64,000 nt of DNA, from contig BDGG01000002.1 in NCBI GenBank assembly GCA_001949185.1, forward strand, positions 2,601,826-2,665,825. The letters run 5' to 3'. The translations under genes and the position numbers were made by a program. Below the pieces are notes generated by a model. The model did not search any database. It had not been told where the DNA came from and saw nothing but the letters and a program-made list of their open reading frames with translations. Origin of the DNA: Ramazzottius varieornatus (Eukaryota; Animalia; Tardigrada). Positions 25,500 to 36,603 of the stretch are shown in pieces (position 1 is the first letter of the stretch; every line of letters begins with the position of its first letter).

Positions 25500-25967
25500 G
25501 CCGGATCGTTTAACGATCTTCTCCAGATCGACCTGTCTGTGACTTCGAGTGATGTAAACTCAAACCAAAGCGTCAGTTATCTGACAACTTCGTAATTTCT
25601 TACGCAACCCTTACATGTCCTTTGTTTCTACGATCCCATGAAGATAGGATGACAATTATGTTACCGCGGGCAATTCCGGAAAGCCGACTGTTTGATTGTT
25701 ACGTGAAATAGTAGAACCGTCTGCCAATGTCTTTGTGTACCCGTACCTCAAAGACGTACTTTTCACCGTCTCAAATAGCCATGTTGGGTCTACTCAAACT
25801 ATGGCCAAGTCAAGTTTTATTAGATCCGTCAGAGTCTAACGGTCCTACAGGAGGGAGCTGCTTGGAGTAAGTATGTTAGTTAAGTTATAGTCCTTACTGA
25901 TTAAATGCAAGGTACAGTACTTACGTTCGTACAAATATCAGATATTTTCGATTACCTTACTTGACTG

Positions 25968-26436
25968 ACGAGGGGATTTTGCCATCGCTCCAGTCTTATT
26001 TCACAAACTGAAACGGCAGAAAGGTAGAGGGGAGTTTTTTCTATCGACTGAGATAGTCTGGGCCGGCAGGAAAGAAATATGGAAGATACAACAGGAAGCG
26101 GAAGTAACGTCAGAATATGAGCGGAACATGGGCATCAGGGAAGTTCACTGTGGCATCAGTCAAGTGGTTTGATGGTCTGCTAGTTGATTCGCTATTTGAT
26201 TGATCTGCAACACTCTAATATGGGTAACAGAGCAGCAGACCACTACAGTTTTACGAGATATCATCTCTGTAAAACTCGCCTTCCGCCCATGTTCTGACGT
26301 CACTTCCGCTTCCTGTATCTTCCAGGAGTTTTTTCTGCCGGCCTAGTCTCTCTCAGTCGATGGAGAAAACTCTCCTCTACCTTTCTGCCGTTTCAGTTTG
26401 TGAAATAAGACTGGAGCGATGGCAAAATCCCCTCGT
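25968..26436. mobile_element. Fold-back MITE with arms of about 150 bp and ACGAGGGG termini (mariner-like ends)
   Basis: ACGAGGGGATTTTGCCATCGCTCCAGTCTTATTTCACAAACTGAAACGGCAGAAAGGTAGAGG at 25968 is the exact reverse complement of the stretch ending at 26436; imperfect pairing continues inward. Confidence 0.85.
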
Positions 26437-27761
26437 GGGCGTCTACCCAATTGCACTTCAGGCCACCCGTCCCAACGAAACAGCGAGTCGCCGAAGGGTC
26501 GCTGCTGGGTTCACAGACGACGTTTTTGCCTTGAGTTTAAAGCTCTGTTCCTGCTGTCTTCATGGCATAATCTGAAAAGAAACAGAGCATCCTGCTCACT
26601 TCAAGCTGAAAAAATCGGACAACTTTTGGATATTTGAAAAACAGTTTTCGGACGCAGCAGGAACCCGCGATCCGACTAGGGCAGACAGTCCCCGACGCTG
26701 TTCTTTCCGTGGGTCTCCGAAAAAGCGGCGTGCCTGGGATTGCAGGAGTGAATCAGGGACTATGTGAACCCTGATCGACAGATATTGGGGAAAGCAAGAC
26801 CTGGTACATACAGTGCTGTATATCAGTTCCAAACTAGCTTGTAGTCGCAGCGGATGGCAACGTACGGCGACTTGCTGGTTGACGAACGCGTTCTCTAGGT
26901 CATTGGTTTCAGTGTTAGAATATCTTGGAACAGTAATCTTGCAAATCAAGAGTGTTGGAGAGTTTGCATGATCGTTCCACAAGCAGTCTTTCAAAAGTCT
27001 AAACAGTGAGTCCTAAATGACCTCTGACGGATCTTGAACGGTTTGCTTGCATCTCATTCCCAGAGGTATGGCTGAGCCCAAAGTAGATTGGGCCCAAATT
27101 AGCTGAAACGTGAACTTCTATACGAGGGAGCCAGTTTGATTTTTCTTCGCAAGAAAAGATAAACTGGCGTCATTCGAAAGAGCTGCGCATATACTTGTGC
27201 GATTGTTGTGAAAACTTTCTTCTGTTAAGTTCCGCGTACTTGTCGCAAGCTGTTAATCTGCATGGTGTGGAAGATGCCTGACGGTTTCGTGAACTTTGTC
27301 CTACTTCTATACTATTATAACCCGAAACATGAATACAGTTATACGAAAAGGCAGCGCACTATACCGGCTGCACGGCGTCGTCATGACCTGTCGATCGGGT
27401 GACGTCACCAGCGCGGTTGACCGTTGTAGAACCAGCGATCTGCTGTTCAACAGAACTGTAGCCATCTGAGGAACGCAAGCCATACAGCGCAATCCTGGGC
27501 TCCTAGCTACCTGAGAAACCGTTGCTCAGGCTTTCTTTATAGGACTGATTGCCTGATTGAGATCGGCTCAATACCAAGCACAGCTATTTTGTTGCAGTCT
27601 GTTCAGAACTTATCTCGGCTTTTAGGCTCGAAATTACCTCCGTCGTAGTATGGAAATGATCCTAGAGATCTAGGCTATCCGAAATTGGACAGAACAAGGA
27701 CGAAATCTGTCTCAAGGAAATGGGTGATAAGAGTGGCAAAAAACAGAAAGTCAGGCCTGAG

Positions 27762-28405
27762 TAGAGATGGGATAAGTATGATTTAGTTCGATTTGGTAAA
27801 TCCTCACACCGAATCGAAAAAATAAGTATGCGGTCCGCACCATTAATCTCGATTTGGTGCGAGCTCCACACCGAACTTTCGATTTACCGCACCAAATCAC
27901 ACCAAAAAATTCGGTACACCGAAAAAAGTTTCTAGTTTTCAGTATTACAGGCCGGAACGAAATCGGAATGAGAACAACTGAATAGCTAAACGGTGCTCGT
28001 GAGATCGATCTTCGGAAACGTATGGAATACCAGGATTTTAGGCACATTGCTACTTGAAGGGTATTGCTTGACAGGTTCGAGCGTAGTTCAGTAATGATTG
28101 AACCAATCAACCATGACACAGACTTACGAAGGGGTACGCTAGCAGCATTGCGATGTTCGGAGAGCCCTCCGTACTTAATCACTCTAATCAAAAGCCGCCC
28201 AAATCAACCATTCTGAACTTTGATATTTTATTGGTATACCGAAATACTTCGATTTGGTGTCGACTTGGTGTGGACGGATACCGAAATCAATTTTTCGGTG
28301 CGAGGCTCACACTGATAATTTCGGTTTCGGTAACTTCTCATACCAAATCGAAAAGTTCGATTTAGTTTCGGTAAATTTTGGTAAATCACGCTTATCCCCT
28401 CTCTA
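27762..28405 (-). mobile_element. Non-autonomous hAT element (internal-deletion derivative)
   Basis: TIRs TAGAGATGGGATAAG and CTTATCCCCTCTCTA. Perfect 8-bp TSD GGCCTGAG at 27754-27761 and 28406-28413. Many subterminal ACCGAA/TTCGGT motifs. Internal minus-strand remnant IITELRSNLSSNTLQVAMCLKSW resembles the hAT dimerisation domain. Confidence 0.9.
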
Positions 28406-30246
28406 GGCCTGAGCGGTGCCACAGCACGGCCTGTCAAACCAGGCGGTCCTGCATAAACAGCTGACGGATCGCATGTGCATGCCATTGTGCTCGTTGAACG
28501 AGTTATCGTGCACTTCCATTGAATTTGGCAAGCACAAAATAAACCGTACCCCCCGTTCTGAAAAGTGGTCGAAAGTGCTCGCGGAGTCGCGGACTGCCTT
28601 TCCGTATAGCTATGAACATGAAACTCGATATGGATCTCACTCGTAACTCCCATACCGGAACCGGTTCAAGCTGCACGCCAGTATTGGGCATAGAAATCCC
28701 GCCTTGTTCCCACTCTATTCAGATATCCCACAATGTTTACGCCAAAAGAACCATACTGGAAGCTCGCATGATGAAGAAACAGTCGAAGAACCATCGCCTG
28801 AAATTAAGATGTAAAAAGCTAGGGAGCGTTTGGAAAATCTGACCCCAGTGGCAGGAACCAAAAGGGAAATGACTCGAGTTGCGCGAATGCTTGAGTTGGA
28901 AACTCTGAGTATGTTCGTCAGTCCGCCTGCCGGACAAAATCGTTCGCTGAAAGAAGCTACGGGGGGATCTGGTGGTAGTGGCGGGAGTTCGGGAAGTGGT
29001 GGCAGCCAAGATGAGGGAACTGGTGGACCCAAGAACAAGATGTAGAAACGATCTTCCAAAAGAATTACGGACATCGAACAGTAGGACGATGAGTAGACCG
29101 GTAGCTCGGGGGAAGAAGTGCCAGAATCTGAAGCAGATTAGTACCTGTTTCTTTCTGTAATCCTTTCTAGCTGTTTTGTCCAACATGCGCAAAGTCTGAC
29201 GAATCTTTTCTAGCCTGCCTCAAACTCTTTTACTGTCTCAACACTTTTAACTTGACACATAATGTTATCAGTTCTGTTGATTTTGTGGCGGTTTCCGGCG
29301 CTGTTGCACTTGTTTAAATTAAGCCTTTGGTGCATTTCGCTCTGATGATGGCTATCTGTTCCTGGCTAATGTCTTCCAGATGTTTTCATCCGTTCAGTCC
29401 CTTCAGTCCCTTACGATTACCAGTTTGCCAACGGAGTTGGCTGCAGTCCGGTACAACAACCTACAATAACACCACAACTAACGCGTTGACAACATGTCCG
29501 CAATATGGGATAATTATGGAAGCCAGTATGGGACTATCCCATACCGATCCCACATTAGTACGCCACCTCGTCCCATGTAAGAACTGAATGTGCCACAACC
29601 ATGTAGACCAGCAGGAGACGCAGAATCCCATACTGGTCTACAAGCTCATACGTAAGGCCGGATTCACAACAGGGAGGGGAGCACTCTTGAACAAGGAAAT
29701 TTCTGAGCTGATACTCAAATCACTTCCTCTAGAAAATCCTGGATGGTCTTATGAGCGTAGGTAGCGTTTTGCATGTTTCGATTGAGAGGATTCGCTCTTG
29801 GTCATCCCGCATCCGGGAAAATTTCCTTGATTGTCCGCGGGCAGTTTCCTCTGTTGTCGAGTATAAAGGATGCTGGTTCGCCATTGCACCAGTTTCGAAG
29901 AGATGACAAAGGATTCGAATACACGGAGAGATGAGTTCATCTACAAGGACGAGAAATGCAAGGTTGTTTATCGTTTCTTTCGTTCCGGTCAGCTCTTGTC
30001 GCGCATGTGACGCTTGAGGTGCAGTTACCACTCGAGCATGATAGTCAGTGGAAATGTTGTACTGCGCAGAGCATATCTATTTCTGCAGGTGCCACAGGCT
30101 CCTGGAAAAAGATGTTCCCGGAGCTAAATGCTAAGGTCGATGCATGGATCGCCCAAAACGTTAACCTCAAAAATTACGATTTCGACTGCGATCCGTTCGA
30201 TGAGAAATATCTACTATCTGCAACGCGTCACGCGACAGCATCATAT

Positions 30247-30931
30247 TAAGCTCTGTTTCACCAACCATAGACCCCAAGACTTTCCAACGGTGAGCTTCCT
30301 GCAGACCACTTTTGCCTAGATTTAGCTTCGAATGTTCAAACAGGTCGAACGGCTATCAAATGGCCGTTCCAGAAAGTTAAGGTTACCTTTTGATCATCCC
30401 GCTACCGGGGAAGATCAGCTGACAAGATCTTTGATCCTCGTACCCTGCACGGAGTCGTACACGTAAATCAGGCCCTAGTACAGGCGTGCAACTGTTACAG
30501 TCAATCAAGGTGTGTCTGAAATCGGAAAGGGTAAATGCTACTTAATCAGATAATGAAGGGTTGAAACGTGCAAGGATAACGACGATTCAACCGCCTTGGC
30601 TGTTGTCCCGGTCATTGATCGTCTGATTAAGTAGCATCTCAGGTTTTGATTTCAAATACACCTTGATTGACTGGGACTACCGCACGCGTGTACCCGGGCC
30701 TGGTCAACGCGTACGACTGCGTACGGGTCTTGTAAACTGAGGAGCAATGATCTTATCAGCTGATCATCCCCGGTAGCGGGATGAACAAAAGGTAACTTTA
30801 ACTTTCTGGAACGGCCATTTGATAGCCGTTTGACCTGTTTGAACATTCAAAGCCGAATGTGGCAGAAATAGTCTGCAGGAAGCTCACCGTTTGGAAAGTC
30901 TTGGGGTCTATGGTTGGTGAAACAGAGCTTA
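30247..30931. mobile_element. Fold-back element with inverted arms of about 300 bp
   Basis: TAAGCTCTGTTTCACCAACCATAGACCCCAAGACTTTCCAA... mirrored by ...TTGGAAAGTCTTGGGGTCTATGGTTGGTGAAACAGAGCTTA. Similarity runs inward to ATGCTACTTAATCAGA / TCTGATTAAGTAGCAT. Superfamily unclear. Confidence 0.85.
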
Positions 30932-31300
30932 GACGGAAGAGTGCTAACTCCAAGTCTAACTTCGATGGCTCGACAAGTACCTTATGATAGCATGTGCCAT
31001 GCAGCGATTTGATGCCAAGCCTCACAATATAATATTCTTATATCCGTACATCGGCCTTTCGTGGGCAAGATTTTGCGGAGGTGTTGACACGGGCCCAGCT
31101 TTACTACGACCCATATCAGGTTGTGAGAACTGGCGCACATGTTAAGGGTCGTGTAGGGGTGATGATTCCATTTCGCCTCATATCCCGTCACTCTTATCGG
31201 GAATAGCTCAAGTTAATCGCATAGTTTAACGGCAAAGTTGCTTTTCGTATACACGACAAGTTAAGTCTCAACGCTCCGTGCACGTGCACGATGTGGAGAT

Positions 31301-32911
31301 TCAATAACGGGACGGATTTTTATGAGTAGTGAACGAATCCGCTGAAGTTTTTGAATACTCATACTCTCTAAAATTCAGCGGGTTGATCTGGACGTTGGTC
31401 GAGTGAGCCACAAACATGTCTTCCGCGACGGGTTCCACACATGGGAACCCAGCTTCATCGGCTAGCTGTCTGCAGTACTGGAATACCGGCTCGGCACCCA
31501 TGTAGTGCGCATCATGTCCCGGTAGTCCCTTCTCCCGCCTTTGCCGGTACTCCCTCTCACAGTCCTGCTTCATCTGCCGCACACTGGGCAACTGCATTCG
31601 CCCATCCAAGTATGCTTTGTAGAATAAGACTTGGTCCTCCACGCCAGCACCCAGAACGGGTAGGCCAGTCAACAGTCCGATAAAAGCCATCGAAGGGTGG
31701 TTGCAGTTGATGATGTGTCGGTATAACGGCGTCACGCGACCTCGACTTACTTTCACTCCACAGTTTTGACCGATGAAAGGGATGTCAAACTGATAGCCGG
31801 TTCCTAAGATCACGAAGTCAACCTCTTGCTGGCCTTGCCGCGCTTCCTCGTCAGCAGCGGCCTTCTTGGCAGGCACAGTGTAGAGGGAGCCATTCTGGGT
31901 GAAGGTGACAGGAAGCGGAGTGATGGAGACGTTGGGAAAGGTTTCGACGTAGGCCGAACTGTACGTTGATGGGGTGATGACCACGCTTTTAGCCGCCTGG
32001 ATAATCTCCAAGGCGATGTCACGAGCTGACGGACCGCCACCGACGACGAGGACTCGCTGGTCGGCGAAAGGCTCGGGTACACGGTAATCACAGCTGTGGA
32101 TGACTTTTCCTTTGAAAGACTGAATTCCCGCAAGTCTTGGTATATACGGTCTGTTAAAGTGCCTGCAGGGAAAAGAAGTAAGATTCAAATTCTTGACGTT
32201 GAATCAGAGGTAGCATCACATGTATCAGAACATACATGCATAGTTTCATACCCGTTGCATACGATAACGACATCGAATGTTTCAGTGGTTTCCGTCTCAT
32301 CGCCGAGAGTTTTGACTCTCACCCTCCAGCAGGTATGCGGGACGCTTGGATCAAATGGTTCGATGGATAGGGCTTGGTGCCTAAACTACAGCAAGTTCGA
32401 TCGGCTGAGGACCTTAAGTAGGGAAACTCCACGTGAACGGGTTGAATACTCATTTTACCTTGATATGTTTCTTAAGGTCAAAATGATCGGTGTAGCGCTG
32501 CAAGTATCGCAGGAGATCACTTCGGGAAAAGAAGCTAGGCAGATCTGGCAGATGAGGAAACTCACGAAAGTGAGAGAGATCTCGCGGTACGTTTATTCTA
32601 GGAAAAACAACAGGAGGAGATTAGCTCCGATCAATGTTGGTGTACAAGTGTACGTGATAAGCACTGATACCTGATTTTCCTGCATACCTGAGATGTCGAT
32701 ACATCCGGCAGAAATAGGGTGATGCTTCGTCCGGGACATTTCCATGCGCTTCACATCCCTCGGGGTAGTTCCAGATACCTCCGACCCTGTCTCGTTGCTC
32801 GTAGGCAGTGACTTCATATCGAGGATCAGGTGAGAAGTGGCGCAGAACGCAAAGTCCGCACACTCCAACGCCAACCACCGCAACACGCTTCAAAGAAGTC
32901 CCTTCCGACAT
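31301..32911 (-). CDS. Flavin-containing monooxygenase (arthropod FMO / senecionine N-oxygenase-like), 4 exons
   Basis: FAD motif VAVVGVGVCG, GGIWNY, MYRHLR|INVP, FDVVIVCNG|HF, FMO fingerprint FKGKVIHSCDY, NADPH motif VVGGGPSA, GTGY, PLYRHI. Confidence 0.92.
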
Positions 32912-33727
32912 CTGATCAGCCTCAACCGTTATCAACAGGGAGAAGTTAGGTCTTCGCCTTAACCGAAGAAATTACTACGTACCCTTGATCATTCCTCTTA
33001 AATGATAGGCGATCGCGATGGAAACTTAATCAAGAAAAGTTTATTGACCAATCAAGGAGAGTGGACATGCTACAGTGTAAGACAAATTCAGCCTCGAAAA
33101 TGCATAAGATGGATACGCCGTGCTGTAATCGCCAACCAAAATTCGAGTTAGCCTGTCCGTAGCTTATTTTCTCGTGGATGACCCATTTTCGGAGGCTGAT
33201 TTTGTTTCGCACTGTATCACCTATCATCGTCCATAAACCGTGGCAGAGAACCATAGTGGATACTTCTTATCTGAATTATCTCTAATCTTATCTTTGAGCA
33301 TTTAAAATATACTAGGTTGATACTAGGTTCTATGACGGAGAGTACCGAACAACCGAAGTTTATGTTCTAAAAAAAACATATTATCCTACTGTACGGTACA
33401 AGGCTACAAGAATCGTCCTGTCCATTAACGGCGTATTCTTCGTGCTCATCGCTCACCGGCATCTACCAACGCTGATGATATGGCCTACTGGTGTATAGAT
33501 GTCGTTCAAAACATCTCGGAACCCCTTTCAAGAACTCGTGACCATTAAGCACATTGGTCTCCTCACACTATTTTCCAAGTATTTGCTTCGTTGTATTTGC
33601 GCCCAATTCGTCCTTACTTTAAAATTGACTTTATGACGTCAGTGCATCGAAGTTGCCATACGATTTGAGGGCTCTCTGCATGTCGAAAGTCGGCGACAAT
33701 CGACGGAGATCTTGTCTTTTTTTGAAG

Positions 33728-34374
33728 TACGAGGGAGAGGTTATTTAGTTAGCCACCTGTTTTCGCCCGTTCTATCTGACATATTCTAACACATGTTTGG
33801 ATGATTCGACAGAGAAAATGACGGGCTGTCGAATGGTACTTCTTGCGATGGGCTTAGGCTCTCAGTGCATGCACAAGATCCACAGTTCGGCAAACTGTCA
33901 AACCCCATGTTGGAGAGCCTGGACCAGAAATGAAACTAAGGCCACGAGAGGCGCTGGTGACGCGGTTTTCAATGGCAATAAGAATTATTTTTTTCACTGC
34001 GAGGCCAAATTTCGTACAGCAGTCTTGTTATCAACTCTGTCGGAATAAACATGGCGTCTCTCAAGTTGAAGACTGCACTAGAGGTCCATGCGCAGTTAAC
34101 TATGCAAGCAGCGGTTTATGCGGTGAGAGAAATGGGATGGGGAATGCGGGAGTTCTGCGATGGGCATTCCGGTCAAGAAAATGTTCATTCGGCTCTCGAA
34201 ATTATTAGCCTTTAGAACAGCGGTATGCGCCTCGTACGGCAGTTTAGAAGAGCGGTATTGATTCTACCGCGTTTTTTTGGCTACTGCCCTGACTGTGCGC
34301 CACCACATACCGCAGCCGTGGCTAACTTAACAACCGCAGGTTGTTATGGCTAACTCAATAACCTCTCCCTCGTA
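33728..34374. mobile_element. TACGAGGG-family MITE (Tc1/mariner-like, TA ends)
   Basis: TACGAGGGAGAGGTTATTTAGTTAGCCA ... TGGCTAACTCAATAACCTCTCCCTCGTA (27 of 28 bases pair). Confidence 0.85.
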
Positions 34375-34712
34375 TGCATCTCAAACTTGGGACTTCTCGA
34401 GACGAACAACACTTTACGCCTACCGCACTCACCCCTTGCGCGAAGAGAGCGCAGTCCAGTCCGATAATCCTGGCTCAAGGCAAAGAATATGGTCTGTAAT
34501 AAAGCTTCCTGTTCACTCTGCTGAGAGAGTGAATTTTGTCAATGATCTCTCATCAACTACGTTACCGGGTTGCTCCATATGGAAGGTTGTCGGGAGGAAG
34601 AACGCACGAGCTCAAGCACAGGTCCAATCAGTTCTTCGATATACCGTGTTCAGATATCGATGCGAGGCGATCAAGGCGATCGCAGCGATACAAACTTATT
34701 GAGCTCAACCGT

Positions 34713-35034
34713 TACGAGGTAAAGGTCGTAAACTTAGCCGCCCCATATCGGGTTTGTAAAGTTAGCCACGGCTCTAGCGTCTATCGCTTGATTGACCATT
34801 TGATTGTCAGTCTTTGCTTTTAAACATTGGGATTCAACGTTTTTTTAATTGCGGATCTGTTGGATTCTCCGAATCTTCACGTTAACTTTATCTAAGATCA
34901 TTCGATAGCCCATTACTTTATCTATCGATCTATCCATAAATGTTTGGGAGTAAGTAGGAGAGAACAAGCGAACATGGACGGCTAACTTTACAAACCCGGT
35001 ACGGGCTGGCTAACTTTACAATCTTTCCCTCGTA
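34713..35034. mobile_element. TACGAGGG-family MITE
   Basis: Imperfect TIR of about 55 bp: TACGAGGTAAAGGTCGTAAACTTAGCC...CGGGTTTGTAAAGTTAGCC versus GGCTAACTTTACAAACCCG...GGCTAACTTTACAATCTTTCCCTCGTA. Confidence 0.75.
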
Positions 35035-35679
35035 CAGATACAGTATATCATCTATGAATGCATGGTTTCAATAGACCTGTTTCGCAAGTCATGTTTTCGG
35101 CTTGCACAGCATATGTATAGGTTTTACGCTGTGCTTCCATCCACGACTTATGTTCGGCCTAATATCGCTGCACAGAATTTCAAATTCTGTGCAAGCTGAG
35201 TTGATTGAACTATTGACCACTTTGGTCGAAACTGGAAATTTCAGTGGAGTGGAGCGTGATCAGACTAATCAGCGAAATTATACCTTGCGTGCCAAGTAAT
35301 CCGAGCGACGCGCCTTCCCCAGATTGCGCCGCTTGACTTCCGCTCTCGTTTCTTCTGCAAATCCGTCACGTTTTCGACCTGAACCAGCATTAAAACGAGG
35401 AAGAGACATTTCTCATCCCAAAACTACTGCTGGAAAACGCGACCAAAGTCCTGGGTTCATCCGATCGATCTCTTTATCTTAATCGCTTTATCTTAATTTT
35501 CTACACCGGAAGTGTCGAAACCGCGAAACGGTTTCCGCACAGAAACCTGCACAGCACAAAATCACATGATCTTGTGTAATTCAGGGCCGAAACGTGACTT
35601 GCGAAATAGGTCTAATGAGTACGTAGCGTATACGTACAGTGGTAGTTGTATTATCACTATTATGAGCACCAAGTATATA

Positions 35680-36559
35680 CAGTCACTGTCATTGGTCATG
35701 CCCCCCCTCCCCCTAGTTTTCCTTCGCTCCATCATATCTTTCGATCGTGTTGTCCGATTCCCGATCTTCAACGAGTACCATGTAGGAGATTCTTTAGACT
35801 TTCCGATCACGTGACCCGCAGGTCCCCTTTTCACCGATCAACCGGTAAGCGTTGCTGGTTCGGACCAGGAAATAAGGGTGATTTTTGGCTCTCGCTCCCA
35901 CGCCCCGTGACAGGTCGATGGAGAAGCCAAAACGGCCAGGAGGTAGCAGAAACATTCTTCTGTCAACTTCACTGAGAGGAATTTCCAGTAGAATCTTCTC
36001 ACAAAAACTTTCTCTATCTGGTCTGAAACTCTTTTTGCCACACATTTTATGGACAAAATCGTTCCGCCACGAGTATCTTTCGACGAGATCAGCATTCTCT
36101 GTGGACAAAACTGGTGTCTACAAATACCACCGAGATGCCTCTCCCGAACAAGCACAGTTTCGGCGTATAAGCTCTACAAACGGGAAAGAAAGAAAACGAA
36201 GAATCAAATTTGTCCGGGAAGGTGAGTAGCAGAGCCGAAACGGGAGATTTTCACTGGAAATTCTTGTTAGTGAGTTCAATAGAAGAACGCTTCTGCTACA
36301 TTCTGGCCATTTTGGCTTTTCCATTGACCTGTCACGGGACGTGGCAGCGAAAGGCAAAAATCGCCCTTATTTCCTGGTCCGAACCAGCAACGCTAACCTG
36401 TTGATTGGTTGAAAAGGGGACCGGTCTGTCACGTGATCGGAAAGTCCAAAGAGTCTCCTACATATTGCTTTTTGAAGATCGGGAATCGGACAACGGGATC
36501 GAAAGATATGATGGAGCGAAGGAAAACTATGGGGTGGCCATGACCAATGACAGTGACTG
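35680..36559. mobile_element. Tc1/mariner-type fold-back element with inverted arms of about 310 bp and a TA TSD
   Basis: TA|CAGTCACTGTCATTGGTCATG ... CATGACCAATGACAGTGACTG|TA; arms align over roughly 35680-35995 versus 36245-36559. Confidence 0.9.
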
Positions 36560-36603
36560 TATATTACACAGAAACAAAACCTCGGTTTAAACAAAACATC
36601 GCT

